From the IMG/VR virus record IMGVR_UViG_3300021057_000002, positions 1 to 58,767 of that record: DNA of 58,767 nucleotides. One strand, written 5' to 3'. Below the pieces are notes generated by a model. The model searched no databases and was not told the origin of the DNA. It saw nothing but the letters and a program-made list of their open reading frames with translations. Within the stretch, counting starts at the first letter, position 1. Every line of letters starts with the position of its first letter. Below are positions 15,803 through 25,413 of this stretch, in pieces. The DNA comes from a virus. The translations under genes were made by a program, and so were the position numbers.

Positions 15803-16465
15803 CTACAGAGGGCAGCGATCGGAGAGCCCGGTCCGCACGGCATCCGCGCGCTGTTCGGCGCTGCCGTGGTTCCATGTCTCCGGCGAGCTGCCGGGGAGCA
15901 GTCGATCGTCACCGACGGAAGCCGCGGTTTCGATCGCAGCGGACACGTCGCCCGCGTCGAGCGTTCCGGCTGTTTGCTCGTGCCGCATCCACATGCCGGC
16001 CAAGCAATCCGCTTCGAGCTCGGCCTCGGCAACCGGCCGCATGCCGGGGATCCGTCCGAGAATCTTCTGTACGTGGTGGCCCAACTCGTGGGCGATCACG
16101 TAAGCGCGCGCGAAGTCGGATCCGAACGCGCGGAGGAACGCGAGGTCGAGGTAGATCCGTTCGTCACCCGGGCAGTAGAACGGCCCCGAGGTGGCGATCC
16201 CTCGCCCGCATCGAGTCGACGTGCTCTTGGTGTAGAGCACGACCTTGGCGCGGCGGTAGTTGGGAATCCGCGTCTGCCAGAAGTCCTGGCCACGATCGAG
16301 TGCGGTCGACACCAGGTACACCAGATCCTCGTCGGGATCGGGCTCCTGCACCTGCTGACGGCCGAGCAGAAAGGCGACCACTGCCGCCAACACCGCGGCG
16401 ATGCCGCCGATCGTTCCGCGACGACGGTCGATCAGGTCGCGGCTCTTTTGCCAGACGATCTTCAT
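15803..16465 (-). CDS. YpfJ-like neutral zinc metallopeptidase with an N-terminal TM anchor
   Basis: ORF track 220 aa. TM segment IGGIAAVLAAVVAFLL. FYCPGDERIYLDLAFL, YVIAHELGHHVQ, EADCLAGMW and NHGSAEQR match the family signature from memory. Confidence 0.8.
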   Translation of the reverse strand: MKIVWQKSRDLIDRRRGTIGGIAAVLAAVVAFLLGRQQVQEPDPDEDLVYLVSTALDRGQDFWQTRIPNYRRAKVVLYTKSTSTRCGRGIATSGPFYCPGDERIYLDLAFLRAFGSDFARAYVIAHELGHHVQKILGRIPGMRPVAEAELEADCLAGMWMRHEQTAGTLDAGDVSAAIETAASVGDDRLLPGSSPETWNHGSAEQRADAVRTGLSDRCPL

Positions 16466-16539
16466 TCGTCCTTGCTGGGCCCCAAAAGCTTCACGAGGAG
16501 GTACGTGATGACGAATGTCCCGATGACGAGTGAGATCAC
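16462..16539 (-). CDS. 25-aa single-pass membrane peptide
   Basis: Last 25 codons of ORF 16462..17103, reading VISLVIGTFVITYLLVKLLGPSKDE. GTGA overlap upstream and ATGA overlap downstream. Confidence 0.35.
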   Translation of the reverse strand: MISLVIGTFVITYLLVKLLGPSKDE

Positions 16540-17003
16540 CGCTGGCTCGCTCCCTCGGGCGGCGTTGACGTATGAACCACGCGTGCCTTGGGCAGAACGG
16601 CCGCTGCGAACTTCTGTCCGCTCGCGACCTCGCCGGGTGCCCTCGGGTTGAACAGCATCGCGACCGTTGTCATGACCGCCGTCATCGTTAGGCCAAGTGT
16701 GGGCGTGGCTCCGCGACTCGCGGCCTCGGCCAAGATCGCGGCGCCGCCCAATAGGGCCGCGACGTAAACGCCGCGCTGTCCCTGTGCGAACCACGCGACC
16801 TTTTTGGCCAGTACGGAGAGCACCAGAAACGCGACGATGATCCCCGCCTGAAGCAACTGACCACCGCGCCACAGCCGCTCGACCAGACCGATCGACTCGA
16901 CTGGCTTGGTAAGCGGATCGGGAATGTCGGCGAACGCCGATCCCACCATCAACACCATGAGCACGAGGCCCGTTGCGATCACAGCGAACACCAGACGACG
17001 CAT
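16536..17003 (-). CDS. Multi-pass membrane protein (holin candidate)
   Basis: ORF track 155 aa with about four hydrophobic segments. It sits upstream of the peptidase and endolysin. Confidence 0.55.
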   Translation of the reverse strand: MRRLVFAVIATGLVLMVLMVGSAFADIPDPLTKPVESIGLVERLWRGGQLLQAGIIVAFLVLSVLAKKVAWFAQGQRGVYVAALLGGAAILAEAASRGATPTLGLTMTAVMTTVAMLFNPRAPGEVASGQKFAAAVLPKARVVHTSTPPEGASQR

Positions 17004-17012
17004 GACAGCCTC

Positions 17013-17780
17013 CTACTTGGCGAGCGACTCGACGACCGAGCCGCAGTGCGACGCGAGAAACGAGATCAGGGCGACCAGCGCCAGAATTCCGGCACGCCCC
17101 CACGACAAGAGCTTTGCTTGGCGTCGATCGCCCGCGTCCTGATCGGCGTTGCGACGCTCCAGTGCGGTGATTCGAACGTCGAGCGCGTTGTTGATTGCCT
17201 CAACCGACGTGACTCGAGCGGCGATCCCGCCGACGGATTGGTTCATTCGATCGGACGAATGCTCCAGGCGAGTGATCCGATCGGCGAGATCGTCGAGCCG
17301 CTTGTCGAGCTTTTCGATCCCCGCCATGATCCGCGGCCAGTCGTGATCCCAGAACTGGCCCGTGCGACCCCGATCGCGCTCGACCGTTGACGTCACGGTC
17401 TCGACCCGGGCCATCAGCGACTTGATCGCTGGCATCACGAACTCGCGCAGCTGGGCCGAACTCTCGATAATGTCGCGCCGATAGCCAGCAACCTCGGCCT
17501 CGAGCTTTTCGATCTGCGGTCCGACGTCGCGAACACCCCACACCCGCTCGATCGCCGCGGTGGTTTCACTCACCGAGTCGCGCAGCATCGCGAGCTGTGC
17601 TTTGATCGGCGGCGGGATCGAGTCGTAGCCCTCGATCGTCTCGGGCTTTGGCGGCTCTTGCGGTGGTGGAGTAGCCTCGGGATCGATGTGCACCGGAACG
17701 CGACGCTCGCGGCCGACGAGGGCACGATCGTCGTCGCCCATGACCGAGCGCGCGCGGCGAGTTCGACGCTCGTCGGTCAT
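17013..17780 (-). CDS. Coiled-coil protein with a C-terminal TM anchor
   Basis: ORF 17013..17876 trimmed to ATG 17780 (ATGA overlap). Long heptad-like helices end in the hydrophobic tail GILALVALISFLASHCGSVV. Confidence 0.6.
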   Translation of the reverse strand: MTDERRTRRARSVMGDDDRALVGRERRVPVHIDPEATPPPQEPPKPETIEGYDSIPPPIKAQLAMLRDSVSETTAAIERVWGVRDVGPQIEKLEAEVAGYRRDIIESSAQLREFVMPAIKSLMARVETVTSTVERDRGRTGQFWDHDWPRIMAGIEKLDKRLDDLADRITRLEHSSDRMNQSVGGIAARVTSVEAINNALDVRITALERRNADQDAGDRRQAKLLSWGRAGILALVALISFLASHCGSVVESLAK

Positions 17781-19306
17781 GGCGTCCACGCCACCGTGTA
17801 ACGAAGCTTCTCGAGGAAGGTCTTGAGTTGCGCGCGCGTGAGCTCGGCCGCGGCACCCTTCCATACGCCGCCCCACGCGAGGTGCGCGGTCGGCGTGGTG
17901 CCGATGATTTGCCCGAAGCCCTTCGTGCCGTCGACAACGCCGGCGTTGTAGGTCAGGTTGATCACCTCATCGGGCGTGATCACACGGGCGACGCCGTTGG
18001 TGCGGTCGTACTGCAGGATCGCAATGCCGGGCAGCACCGGCGCGACACCGCCGGCTGCGGCCGTCGCCATGACCTCGCCGCCCCATCGCGGCGTCGACGT
18101 GTACTGGAGCTGCAGGTCGGTTCCGGCTGCAGCGCCCGCGGCGTTGATGAGACAGCGCAGCGCGGCCGGCGTGCTGATCGATCCCCAGAAGCCAACCCAC
18201 ATGACCGACTCGCTCGCCGCATTCGGTCCGACACCACCCGCAAGACTCGCGGTGTCGGCCTGGCCGCCCGTAAAGACAACCGCACGGCGGTTGTAGTTGG
18301 TGATCGTCTGTCGATACCCGAGACCCGTCGCCGTGAGGGTCAGTCCCGACCCGGTGAGATCGGCGATGTTTCCGCTGGTCTCCTGGAATCCCCACAGCGC
18401 CTCTGCGCGGTCGATCGCGAGAAAGTCGGTGTGTTCGTCGGTCTCAGGAAAGTAGTAGTTATTCGGTCCCTCGAATGGACATGTCCACGGGCGGGCGAGA
18501 TTGAACGCGTCGAACAGCGTTTGGACTTCTGCCTTCGTGAGCTCGGCATCGGCGCCCTCCCAGATGCACGAGTAGAAGACATACATATCCGCCGCGAACG
18601 TTGGACCCGCAATGAAGTCGACATCGGATCCAACACCCCATCCGCCGTTGGTGAGCGTCGAGAAAAACGTTCCGGTGATCTGTTCCTTGTCGGTGTAGAC
18701 CACGTAGCTTGATGCCGTGCGGTCGTAGACCATGAGGATGGCGACGTCTTGGCCGCCGGTCTCGTTGTATGCACCGACAACGGTGCCCGTCGAGCAGCGC
18801 GCTCGCAGCTTGCCATCGCTTTGTGCGACCGTGACGATCGCCGCCTCGGTATCGCCGCCGGCGACGCCGTGGTTGCCGCAGATGTTCCGCTGCGTCGCCG
18901 CTACGCTGTTGATCCGGCAGTAGACGAGCGACGCCCACGACGTCGTCGACTGATCGGGGCCGGTGCCGTTGGCCGACTTGAATCCGTTGCCCGAGTCGCT
19001 GTCGATCAGCTTGACGGCCTTGCGCGTCCACCCTGAAACGGTCTGCTGATACGTCGGTGGCGTCGTCGAGAATCCAGGGACGAGCGCGAGCGCGTTGCCG
19101 GTGAGCGAGAGGATATTGCCACTCGCCTCCTGGTAGCCGTGGACATACTTCGGCTGCGCGACGCCGAGCTTGGTGAAGTGCGCCGACGTCGTCGGAACCT
19201 TCCAGCTGTCGGGGCCGTCGCTCGGAACGCTTTCGTCGACGTCAGCGTTCGGCCCCACCTTGGGACCGACCACGGGGCCAACGAGAGGACTGGTGCGAAT
19301 CGCCAT
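17777..19306 (-). CDS. Tail fibre/receptor-binding protein with two tandem LamG (concanavalin-like) modules
   Basis: ORF track 509 aa. Duplicated blocks: YVHGYQEASGNILSLTGNAL...WEGADAELTKAEVQTLFDAF and ALWGFQETSGNIADLTGSGL...WKGAAAELTRAQLKTFLEKL. Confidence 0.65.
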   Translation of the reverse strand: MAIRTSPLVGPVVGPKVGPNADVDESVPSDGPDSWKVPTTSAHFTKLGVAQPKYVHGYQEASGNILSLTGNALALVPGFSTTPPTYQQTVSGWTRKAVKLIDSDSGNGFKSANGTGPDQSTTSWASLVYCRINSVAATQRNICGNHGVAGGDTEAAIVTVAQSDGKLRARCSTGTVVGAYNETGGQDVAILMVYDRTASSYVVYTDKEQITGTFFSTLTNGGWGVGSDVDFIAGPTFAADMYVFYSCIWEGADAELTKAEVQTLFDAFNLARPWTCPFEGPNNYYFPETDEHTDFLAIDRAEALWGFQETSGNIADLTGSGLTLTATGLGYRQTITNYNRRAVVFTGGQADTASLAGGVGPNAASESVMWVGFWGSISTPAALRCLINAAGAAAGTDLQLQYTSTPRWGGEVMATAAAGGVAPVLPGIAILQYDRTNGVARVITPDEVINLTYNAGVVDGTKGFGQIIGTTPTAHLAWGGVWKGAAAELTRAQLKTFLEKLRYTVAWTP

Positions 19307-19309
19307 GGG

Positions 19310-19669
19310 CTACTCGGCAGTCGTCGACCCGTAGATCTCGAACGTGCTCTGCGCCGCCGTGACGATCTTCAGTCGCAGGCGGCACGGGCCCATGTTGGAG
19401 ACATGCAGCTTGGTCGATCCCGCGGCGGAGGCCGCCGGTCCGGTAATCGACACGCCGGTTTCCGTCTTCCACTCCCACGCATCGCCGGCTTCCTCGACCG
19501 GCGCAATCGTGTGTGGGCTTTGGGTGGATTCGAGCGTGATCGTCGCGCTGGACGTCGCATCCTTCCATTGGATGTCGAGCGAAAACCGCCCGGAGCTGCC
19601 GAGTGGAACTCCGATGTATTTCGTCGTCGCGTTTGCGATGACGCCTTGGAACAACAGGCTTCTTTGCAC
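19310..19669 (-). CDS. Small virion-associated protein
   Basis: ORF track 119 aa; GAGGAG lies 7 nt upstream of GTG 19669. Ser/Thr-rich with a beta-like composition. Confidence 0.5.
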   Translation of the reverse strand: MQRSLLFQGVIANATTKYIGVPLGSSGRFSLDIQWKDATSSATITLESTQSPHTIAPVEEAGDAWEWKTETGVSITGPAASAAGSTKLHVSNMGPCRLRLKIVTAAQSTFEIYGSTTAE

Positions 19670-19723
19670 AGGCGGTCTCCTCAGCAGAGCCGGCCACTGT
19701 GCTATCGGCCGTTGTTTTGTGGG

Positions 19724-22700
19724 CTAACGTCGCAAAGCGCGGCGATCAGCAGGAGTCTGGTAGAGCGCGGTCAGGTTCACATTGGAGGCCACAGACGGCA
19801 TCGGTTGTGGACCTGGCTGTGGAGGCGCCTCGTTGCTATTGGACGCAAACGCAGCCTGTATGGAGGCGATTCTCGCAGGATCAAGCGAGTCGTCAAGCGG
19901 GACATCGAAAAGAAGCGACATCCGCACGCGCTGGGAGTAGGGAATCGCGGCCTTGACGTCACTGGCACGCTGCAACAGTCGCTCTTGGGCAAATACAAAC
20001 AACTTGGGGGACGTCTCGCGGATGGCTTCTGCCGAGTCACGCGAGAGCCGTGCTTCGGCGACATCCTGAAGCACCGAGATGGGATCGAACACGGCCTGGA
20101 TACGACGTGCAAACGACATCGACTCTTGTTGGCTCGGTGTCCATGTGCGGAACGCCAGCGGATTCGGCGGCGGCTCCTTAGGGGCATGCTTGGCGAGATA
20201 CTGAAACTGCCGTATCGCGTGCTGCTCGGCGGCGGCAATCAGATCCGGGTCCGATACGTCGGCGAGTTGCTTGCGCACCCTGGCGATGATCAGCCGCGGA
20301 TTTGCCGCGGCATACGTGACCTCGCGTGCACGTGCAGCGGCGAGCTCGGGGAGTGACGAGCCTTGTGTGGGCTCGTTCTCGCCGTTGTCGAACAGTCGCT
20401 TTTCGAGGGCCGCCATCACCGGGATTCCACCGCGAACCGCAACCGTTCGGGTTTTGGGCGCCTTGCGCTCGACTAGACCCAGCATCCGATCGATCGACGC
20501 GTGGACCTTCGCTTGGGTCTTGGCCGCAAGCGTTGCCGCTTTGGCTTCCCCCGTCGCTGGGACCCGCCCCATCATCCTGCCGGCAACGGCCTTGAGTGCG
20601 CGGAACTTGAGATACATCCCGAGCAGAGGGCCGATGATCGGCAGATCGCCCGGCTTGGGGAGACCGGGGATTCCGACGGTGTCGGCGACCTCGAGGACGG
20701 CGCCCATGTTGGCGAGCGTCGAGAGTTGACCTGGTTGATCGGGGACCTTGGACGCTCCGCTCTTGGCAGGCTTGGGCATTTGCGCGCGGGCACCTTTGAG
20801 CTGGGCCTGCGCTTCTTTGTCGGCGATCCGCAATTCGGACTCACGCGATTTGGCCTTGGCGACGTCGACGTCAGCCGCGAGCTTTCGTTCGCGTGCCAAC
20901 GCGAGACGATCGGTTGGCGACTGCGTAGGCTCCGGCGCCGATCGCGTGGACTTTGGCAGCGGTGCGGTCTCGTCGATGGCGTCGTCGACCGCGCGCGCCT
21001 CGCGATCAAGAAAGCGGGCTTCATTCGCCGTTTCCGCCTTGCGAAGTCCGCCGGCGGCCTCTCGTGCGGCGGGATGGGCCAGATCACCGACGGCCTCCGT
21101 CAGCTTGGCCGCTGCCTGCTCGTAGTCGCCGACGATCTTGGCGCCCTGCGCGATCTCGTCGGTGATGTCGGTGCCGCGAGTGAATTGGCTGTACCAACCC
21201 AGATCGAGCGGGCCCTGGGGCTGTTCGCGAAACAGCCGATCCATCGCGACCTCGTCGGGCCGCGCCTTGGGCGGAACAAACGGCGTGGCGGCGGCCTCGC
21301 GCTCAGCGCGCTTGAGTGCCCGTTTTTCCGCGGCGTGATAGCCCGATGTCCCGGTCTGGGCCCGGATCTGTTCGATGCGATCGATCACCGCGGCGTTCTC
21401 GGGCTTGTGGGCACGCACGAAGTCGTGGATCTGCTGCTCGACGCGCTCGGCTTCGAGCAGGGCGAGGTGGCGATCTTCGGGGATCTCGGCGAGCCGCGCG
21501 AGCTCGAGCGCGTCGTCGTAGGCCTCGTCGAGCTGGGCACCTGCGTGGAAGTCGGGGCCGTTCGAGCGAGCAAGGATTCGCGTGTTGGGTGTGATCGAGT
21601 CGAGCGCGAATTCACCCTTGCCGATCGTCCGGATCTGCCCGCCGGACTGTTCGACGATCACGTCCTCGTCGAGCGCCTTGGTCGATCGCCCTCGAGCAAT
21701 CGCCGTGGCGCTACCGATGTCGTCGCCTTGGCTGTACTGGAGATCTAGCTTCGTGCGGGGATTCTTGAGGCGATCGATCCACGCGTGCACCGCGGCACGC
21801 CGAGACTCATACTCGGCGAGGTTCTGCGCGAGCTCCGCCTCATTGCCTGCCAGGGGTGGGGACTCGACAGTCGTAGGCGGAGGCTCGGGCGCCCTCGTTG
21901 GGGTGTCGAACGGTTGTGGTGCTCGGGGCTGAGATTCTGGTGTCGGTGCTTGCTTAGACTTGAACGCGTCGAGCTTGGCGACGGCCAGTTCCGCGTCGGC
22001 GTGTTGGCGGGCGAGCACGGCTTGCTGACGGGCGGCAACAGCTTCGTTGAGTAGCTCGCGTGCTTTGCCGGCCGTGATCTCGTGGGCGTCGAGGATCTCT
22101 TGGCCCTTGGTCGACCACACGTTCTCGGCCATCTCGGCGGCCTTGGTGGCCTCACCGCGACCCGTGCGCGAGAACATCCGACGCGCGGCGATCGTGCCTT
22201 TCTCGATGCCGAGCATGCCGCCGCCCGCGACCGATCCGAAAACAAAGCCAGTTCCTGCCGCACCAAACATCCCCTCGGCAGTGAGCTCGCGGTCCTCGAT
22301 CGCGACCTGCCCGAGATACGAGCCGGCATTCGCGATCGCGCCCTCGATGCCGCCCCACGCGATTGCTTGCGCGGCACCACGAGCACCACCAACGGTGCGC
22401 GCGGTTTCAACACCACGCATGGCCGTGTGTGACAGATATCCCGACGGAGTCTTGGCGAGCACCGACCCGGGTGCCGCAAACGCCGTGGCGAGTGAGCCGA
22501 CGATCTCGCCGCCCGCACGTGCCATCGGGTTCGACTGGATCTCGGCGGCTACTTGCTCGCGTTCGTTGTCGGTCCACGCGCTCGCGAGCGCGAGATCGGA
22601 CAACCCGAGCGTGGCGCCGCTCGCCAGTCCCGTCAGTGCGGATTGCACCGCACCGAGGGCGCCGCGTTCCTCGCCGCGGGCCTCGAGGGCGTTTTGCTGG

Positions 22701-22807
22701 AGTTGCTGATGGAGTTCGGTGGGCGTGTAGGGCGTGTATCCCTGTGCCTGCGCCCAGACATCATCGACCTCGACAACCTCTCCACGAAGGTTCTTATAGA
22801 GCCCCAC
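19724..22807 (-). CDS. Large internal virion/ejection protein (T7 gp16 position)
   Basis: ORF track 1027 aa. Ala-rich and helical. Call rests on position after two other internal-protein candidates. Confidence 0.55.
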   Translation of the reverse strand: MGLYKNLRGEVVEVDDVWAQAQGYTPYTPTELHQQLQQNALEARGEERGALGAVQSALTGLASGATLGLSDLALASAWTDNEREQVAAEIQSNPMARAGGEIVGSLATAFAAPGSVLAKTPSGYLSHTAMRGVETARTVGGARGAAQAIAWGGIEGAIANAGSYLGQVAIEDRELTAEGMFGAAGTGFVFGSVAGGGMLGIEKGTIAARRMFSRTGRGEATKAAEMAENVWSTKGQEILDAHEITAGKARELLNEAVAARQQAVLARQHADAELAVAKLDAFKSKQAPTPESQPRAPQPFDTPTRAPEPPPTTVESPPLAGNEAELAQNLAEYESRRAAVHAWIDRLKNPRTKLDLQYSQGDDIGSATAIARGRSTKALDEDVIVEQSGGQIRTIGKGEFALDSITPNTRILARSNGPDFHAGAQLDEAYDDALELARLAEIPEDRHLALLEAERVEQQIHDFVRAHKPENAAVIDRIEQIRAQTGTSGYHAAEKRALKRAEREAAATPFVPPKARPDEVAMDRLFREQPQGPLDLGWYSQFTRGTDITDEIAQGAKIVGDYEQAAAKLTEAVGDLAHPAAREAAGGLRKAETANEARFLDREARAVDDAIDETAPLPKSTRSAPEPTQSPTDRLALARERKLAADVDVAKAKSRESELRIADKEAQAQLKGARAQMPKPAKSGASKVPDQPGQLSTLANMGAVLEVADTVGIPGLPKPGDLPIIGPLLGMYLKFRALKAVAGRMMGRVPATGEAKAATLAAKTQAKVHASIDRMLGLVERKAPKTRTVAVRGGIPVMAALEKRLFDNGENEPTQGSSLPELAAARAREVTYAAANPRLIIARVRKQLADVSDPDLIAAAEQHAIRQFQYLAKHAPKEPPPNPLAFRTWTPSQQESMSFARRIQAVFDPISVLQDVAEARLSRDSAEAIRETSPKLFVFAQERLLQRASDVKAAIPYSQRVRMSLLFDVPLDDSLDPARIASIQAAFASNSNEAPPQPGPQPMPSVASNVNLTALYQTPADRRALRR

Positions 22808-25410
22808 TAGCGCCGGCCTCTTCGGTCGAGATGTTGGTTGACGCCGGAGAACAGCGACTTCGCCTGGGGGTCTCCGGTCGCCGCGCGCCGCTCGAGCTCG
22901 GCATATGCCGCGTGATCGACCACGGCGCGCTTGGCGAGGGAAACAAGTTCCTTCGTGTCTGCGTCCGGGCGGCGCTCCATCGGCGCCTCGTACTTCATCT
23001 GCTCGGCGACGGCGCCCTTGAGCTGGGGGAGTGCGCGCTGGGCCAGATCAGGCGCCTCTCGCTTGAGATTCTGCATGATCGCGATGCCGAGCGATTCGCG
23101 GCCGGACTTCGCCAATTCGACGAGTTGTTCTCCGGCCTGTGCGTTGCCGTTGCGATACGCCTGCAGCAACTCGCCCACCCGATCGCCCTGCTGTTTGGAA
23201 AGCCCGAGGTAGCGTGGGTGACCGGAGTTCTCGGCGTTCGCCGTGCGATTGTCTTGTGCGGACGCGTAGTCGTCGCCCGAAATCGCCGAGTCGACCGAGC
23301 GCACGACGTTGATCGGCAGGTCGATGATGTTTTTGCGAACGACGCCGCCTTCGGACCCCTCGACGCGCTCGGTGACGGTTTTGTCCTGCAGGATCGCTTG
23401 CGTGGCCTTGGTGACTTCGGTCTGTGCGAGCGGCCTCTCGCGCTTGAATAGATCGGTCACGTTGCCCTGATAACCACCTGCGTGCAGCGCGTTGAACGTC
23501 TTTTTTTGCAGTCCCTCGGCGAGCGAGTCGAGGCGCGCGATCACGCCTTCTGGATCCTTGCCGATGTCGAGGCCCATGGCGTGCGCGATCGATCCGGCAT
23601 CCCACTTGGTAGGGTCGCCGCCGGTGGCCTGGTTAATCAAACGTTCGTCCTGCTGGCTCAACACGCCGAGCTGCCACGCCTCTTTCATGTTCATCAGAAG
23701 CTCGGTCGCCTTCGCCTGAAGTGCAGCCTGACCGACCGTCGTACTGAAATACGACTTGCCGTGTTGCGCATAGAGTCGTGTGATGTCGTCGATCAGCGAG
23801 AGCGTGTGTTGTGCACCGGCGTATTGCTCCGAGAGCTTGCCGGCTTGGGTGGCGTCTCGCGCACGGAACACGTGGACGGTGTTCGCCTCGGTGCGTAGCT
23901 CGGTGGCTTTCTGGTCGAGCAGTGTCGCCTTGTCCTTGAGCGCTTTGACGTGCGCCATCTGCTTTTCGTCGAGCTTGCCCATGCCCTCGATCTTGGCCGC
24001 GTCGGCAAACAGCTTCTGAGCTTCGGTGGCGTGGGTCGACGCTTCGGCCAGGAGTTTCTTGCCCTGTGCATTCATCAGGCGCTCGCCAGTTGCGACATTG
24101 CCGACGCCGCGTTTTTCGTTCTCTTCTTGAAGCTTGGTGAGTTGCTCGACGCGAGATTTGTTTCCGGCGGCCTGCGCGGCGGCGACTGTCTTTTGAAAAT
24201 CGAGCGCCATCTGCTCGCGCTCGAGCGCCATGCGATCGCCGTGATGACGATCGGCCTGACGCAGGCCCGCATAGCCCAGGCCGATCTGCGCCTTCGCGCG
24301 TTGATCCTGCCGCTGAGCTTCCTTGTCGCGAAACTCGACGTCGCTCTGCCTGGTGACAGCAGCGCCCAGCGCTTCGGCCTTGCGCCCTCGCAACTGTGCT
24401 GCAACCTCTGCGCCCTGCGCTTTGACGATCGCGCTGTTCGACCGTGCGACTATCTCCTCGACGTACCGTGCGGCACGCTCGACCTCGCCCGCGATCGCGA
24501 GGTTCTGGAGGGCAAGACGATCGCTCGCGCGCTCGCGCAGCATCGAGATGCCCTCTTTCTTCATGCCAAGGACGTCGCGTTGCTTGTCGAGCGCCTGCAT
24601 CTGCGCCGCGACCTTGCGATCGATGTTGTTCATGATCATGCCCATCACGTCGACCTGCTTGCCGGCGAGCGCCTGACCGAGGCCCGTCAGTGCCGCCGAG
24701 ATCATCGTCAGCACCGGCCGATCCATCGATCGGTCGATCTTCGTGTTGGCGTACTTGTCGACGGCTGCGGTGTAGTCGACTTGCTTGCGCTCGATCTCGC
24801 GCTGCGCGGCTTCAGCTTCGGCAGCGCGCTGGGCAAAGAGGACGTCCAGTTCCTCGTTGCGAAGAGCGTACGCCTTGCCGATGTCCTCGTGCTGTTTGGC
24901 CTGAGCGTCGGCAATAGCAATGCCGGCCCGAGCCTGATCATCGAGCGCCGCGCTTTGCGCCTCGAAGACGCCGGCCGGGCCGATCTTGCCAAGGTCGGCA
25001 TTCGTGATCGGCCTGCGCGGTTGATCCTGCGGCGGCGGAGTGGCCTGCCGTTGCTTCTCTTCGGCACGGTACTGCGCCCACTCGTCGGCGGTAGGGAGAT
25101 CGCTCGTCGTGGCCGCGCCCATTCCGCGCGCCGGTGTTTCTTCGACGGGTATTGCCGAGACCGGACCGATCTTCTGCGTGCCCTTTGTCGTCCCCTTTTT
25201 GGGATCGTCTTTCTTCGGCGGCGGCGGTGGTGGCGGAGGTTGAGGGAGGTGATTGCCCGCGGGAAGCTCGTACGGAACGACACCACGCAGCGGCTCGGGC
25301 ACGGGCGCCAGATCAGGAAACTGCATCGCCACGGCGCGCGGAACCCGGACCGTGCGACCGTCGGGGGTCTGCACGTCGACGAGATCCGGGTTGTCGCCGA
25401 ACATGGCCAT
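22807..25410 (-). CDS. Large coiled-coil internal virion/ejection protein (T7 gp15 position)
   Basis: ORF track 867 aa. Contains a P8 run followed by KKDDPKKG, then long Ala/Gln/Lys/Glu helices. Confidence 0.55.
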   Translation of the reverse strand: MAMFGDNPDLVDVQTPDGRTVRVPRAVAMQFPDLAPVPEPLRGVVPYELPAGNHLPQPPPPPPPPKKDDPKKGTTKGTQKIGPVSAIPVEETPARGMGAATTSDLPTADEWAQYRAEEKQRQATPPPQDQPRRPITNADLGKIGPAGVFEAQSAALDDQARAGIAIADAQAKQHEDIGKAYALRNEELDVLFAQRAAEAEAAQREIERKQVDYTAAVDKYANTKIDRSMDRPVLTMISAALTGLGQALAGKQVDVMGMIMNNIDRKVAAQMQALDKQRDVLGMKKEGISMLRERASDRLALQNLAIAGEVERAARYVEEIVARSNSAIVKAQGAEVAAQLRGRKAEALGAAVTRQSDVEFRDKEAQRQDQRAKAQIGLGYAGLRQADRHHGDRMALEREQMALDFQKTVAAAQAAGNKSRVEQLTKLQEENEKRGVGNVATGERLMNAQGKKLLAEASTHATEAQKLFADAAKIEGMGKLDEKQMAHVKALKDKATLLDQKATELRTEANTVHVFRARDATQAGKLSEQYAGAQHTLSLIDDITRLYAQHGKSYFSTTVGQAALQAKATELLMNMKEAWQLGVLSQQDERLINQATGGDPTKWDAGSIAHAMGLDIGKDPEGVIARLDSLAEGLQKKTFNALHAGGYQGNVTDLFKRERPLAQTEVTKATQAILQDKTVTERVEGSEGGVVRKNIIDLPINVVRSVDSAISGDDYASAQDNRTANAENSGHPRYLGLSKQQGDRVGELLQAYRNGNAQAGEQLVELAKSGRESLGIAIMQNLKREAPDLAQRALPQLKGAVAEQMKYEAPMERRPDADTKELVSLAKRAVVDHAAYAELERRAATGDPQAKSLFSGVNQHLDRRGRR

Positions 25411-25413
25411 CGG

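Noticed and set aside
16462-17103. A 213-aa - strand ORF overlapping the holin candidate.
   Set aside because: It is in an alternative frame of 16536..17003 and is Arg/Gly-rich. I kept only its last 25 codons, a hydrophobic peptide with coupling at both ends, as a tentative gene.
17777-19306. Whether a diversity-generating retroelement or retron is associated with the lectin-like fibre.
   Set aside because: I saw no reverse transcriptase motif (YxDD) anywhere in the window, and no template/variable repeat pair.
19724-25410. Whether the 867-aa and 1027-aa coiled-coil proteins are siphovirus tape-measure proteins.
   Set aside because: There are no tail tube, sheath or terminator genes and no chaperone pair with a slippery frameshift site. 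The gene order fits podovirus internal/ejection proteins better.
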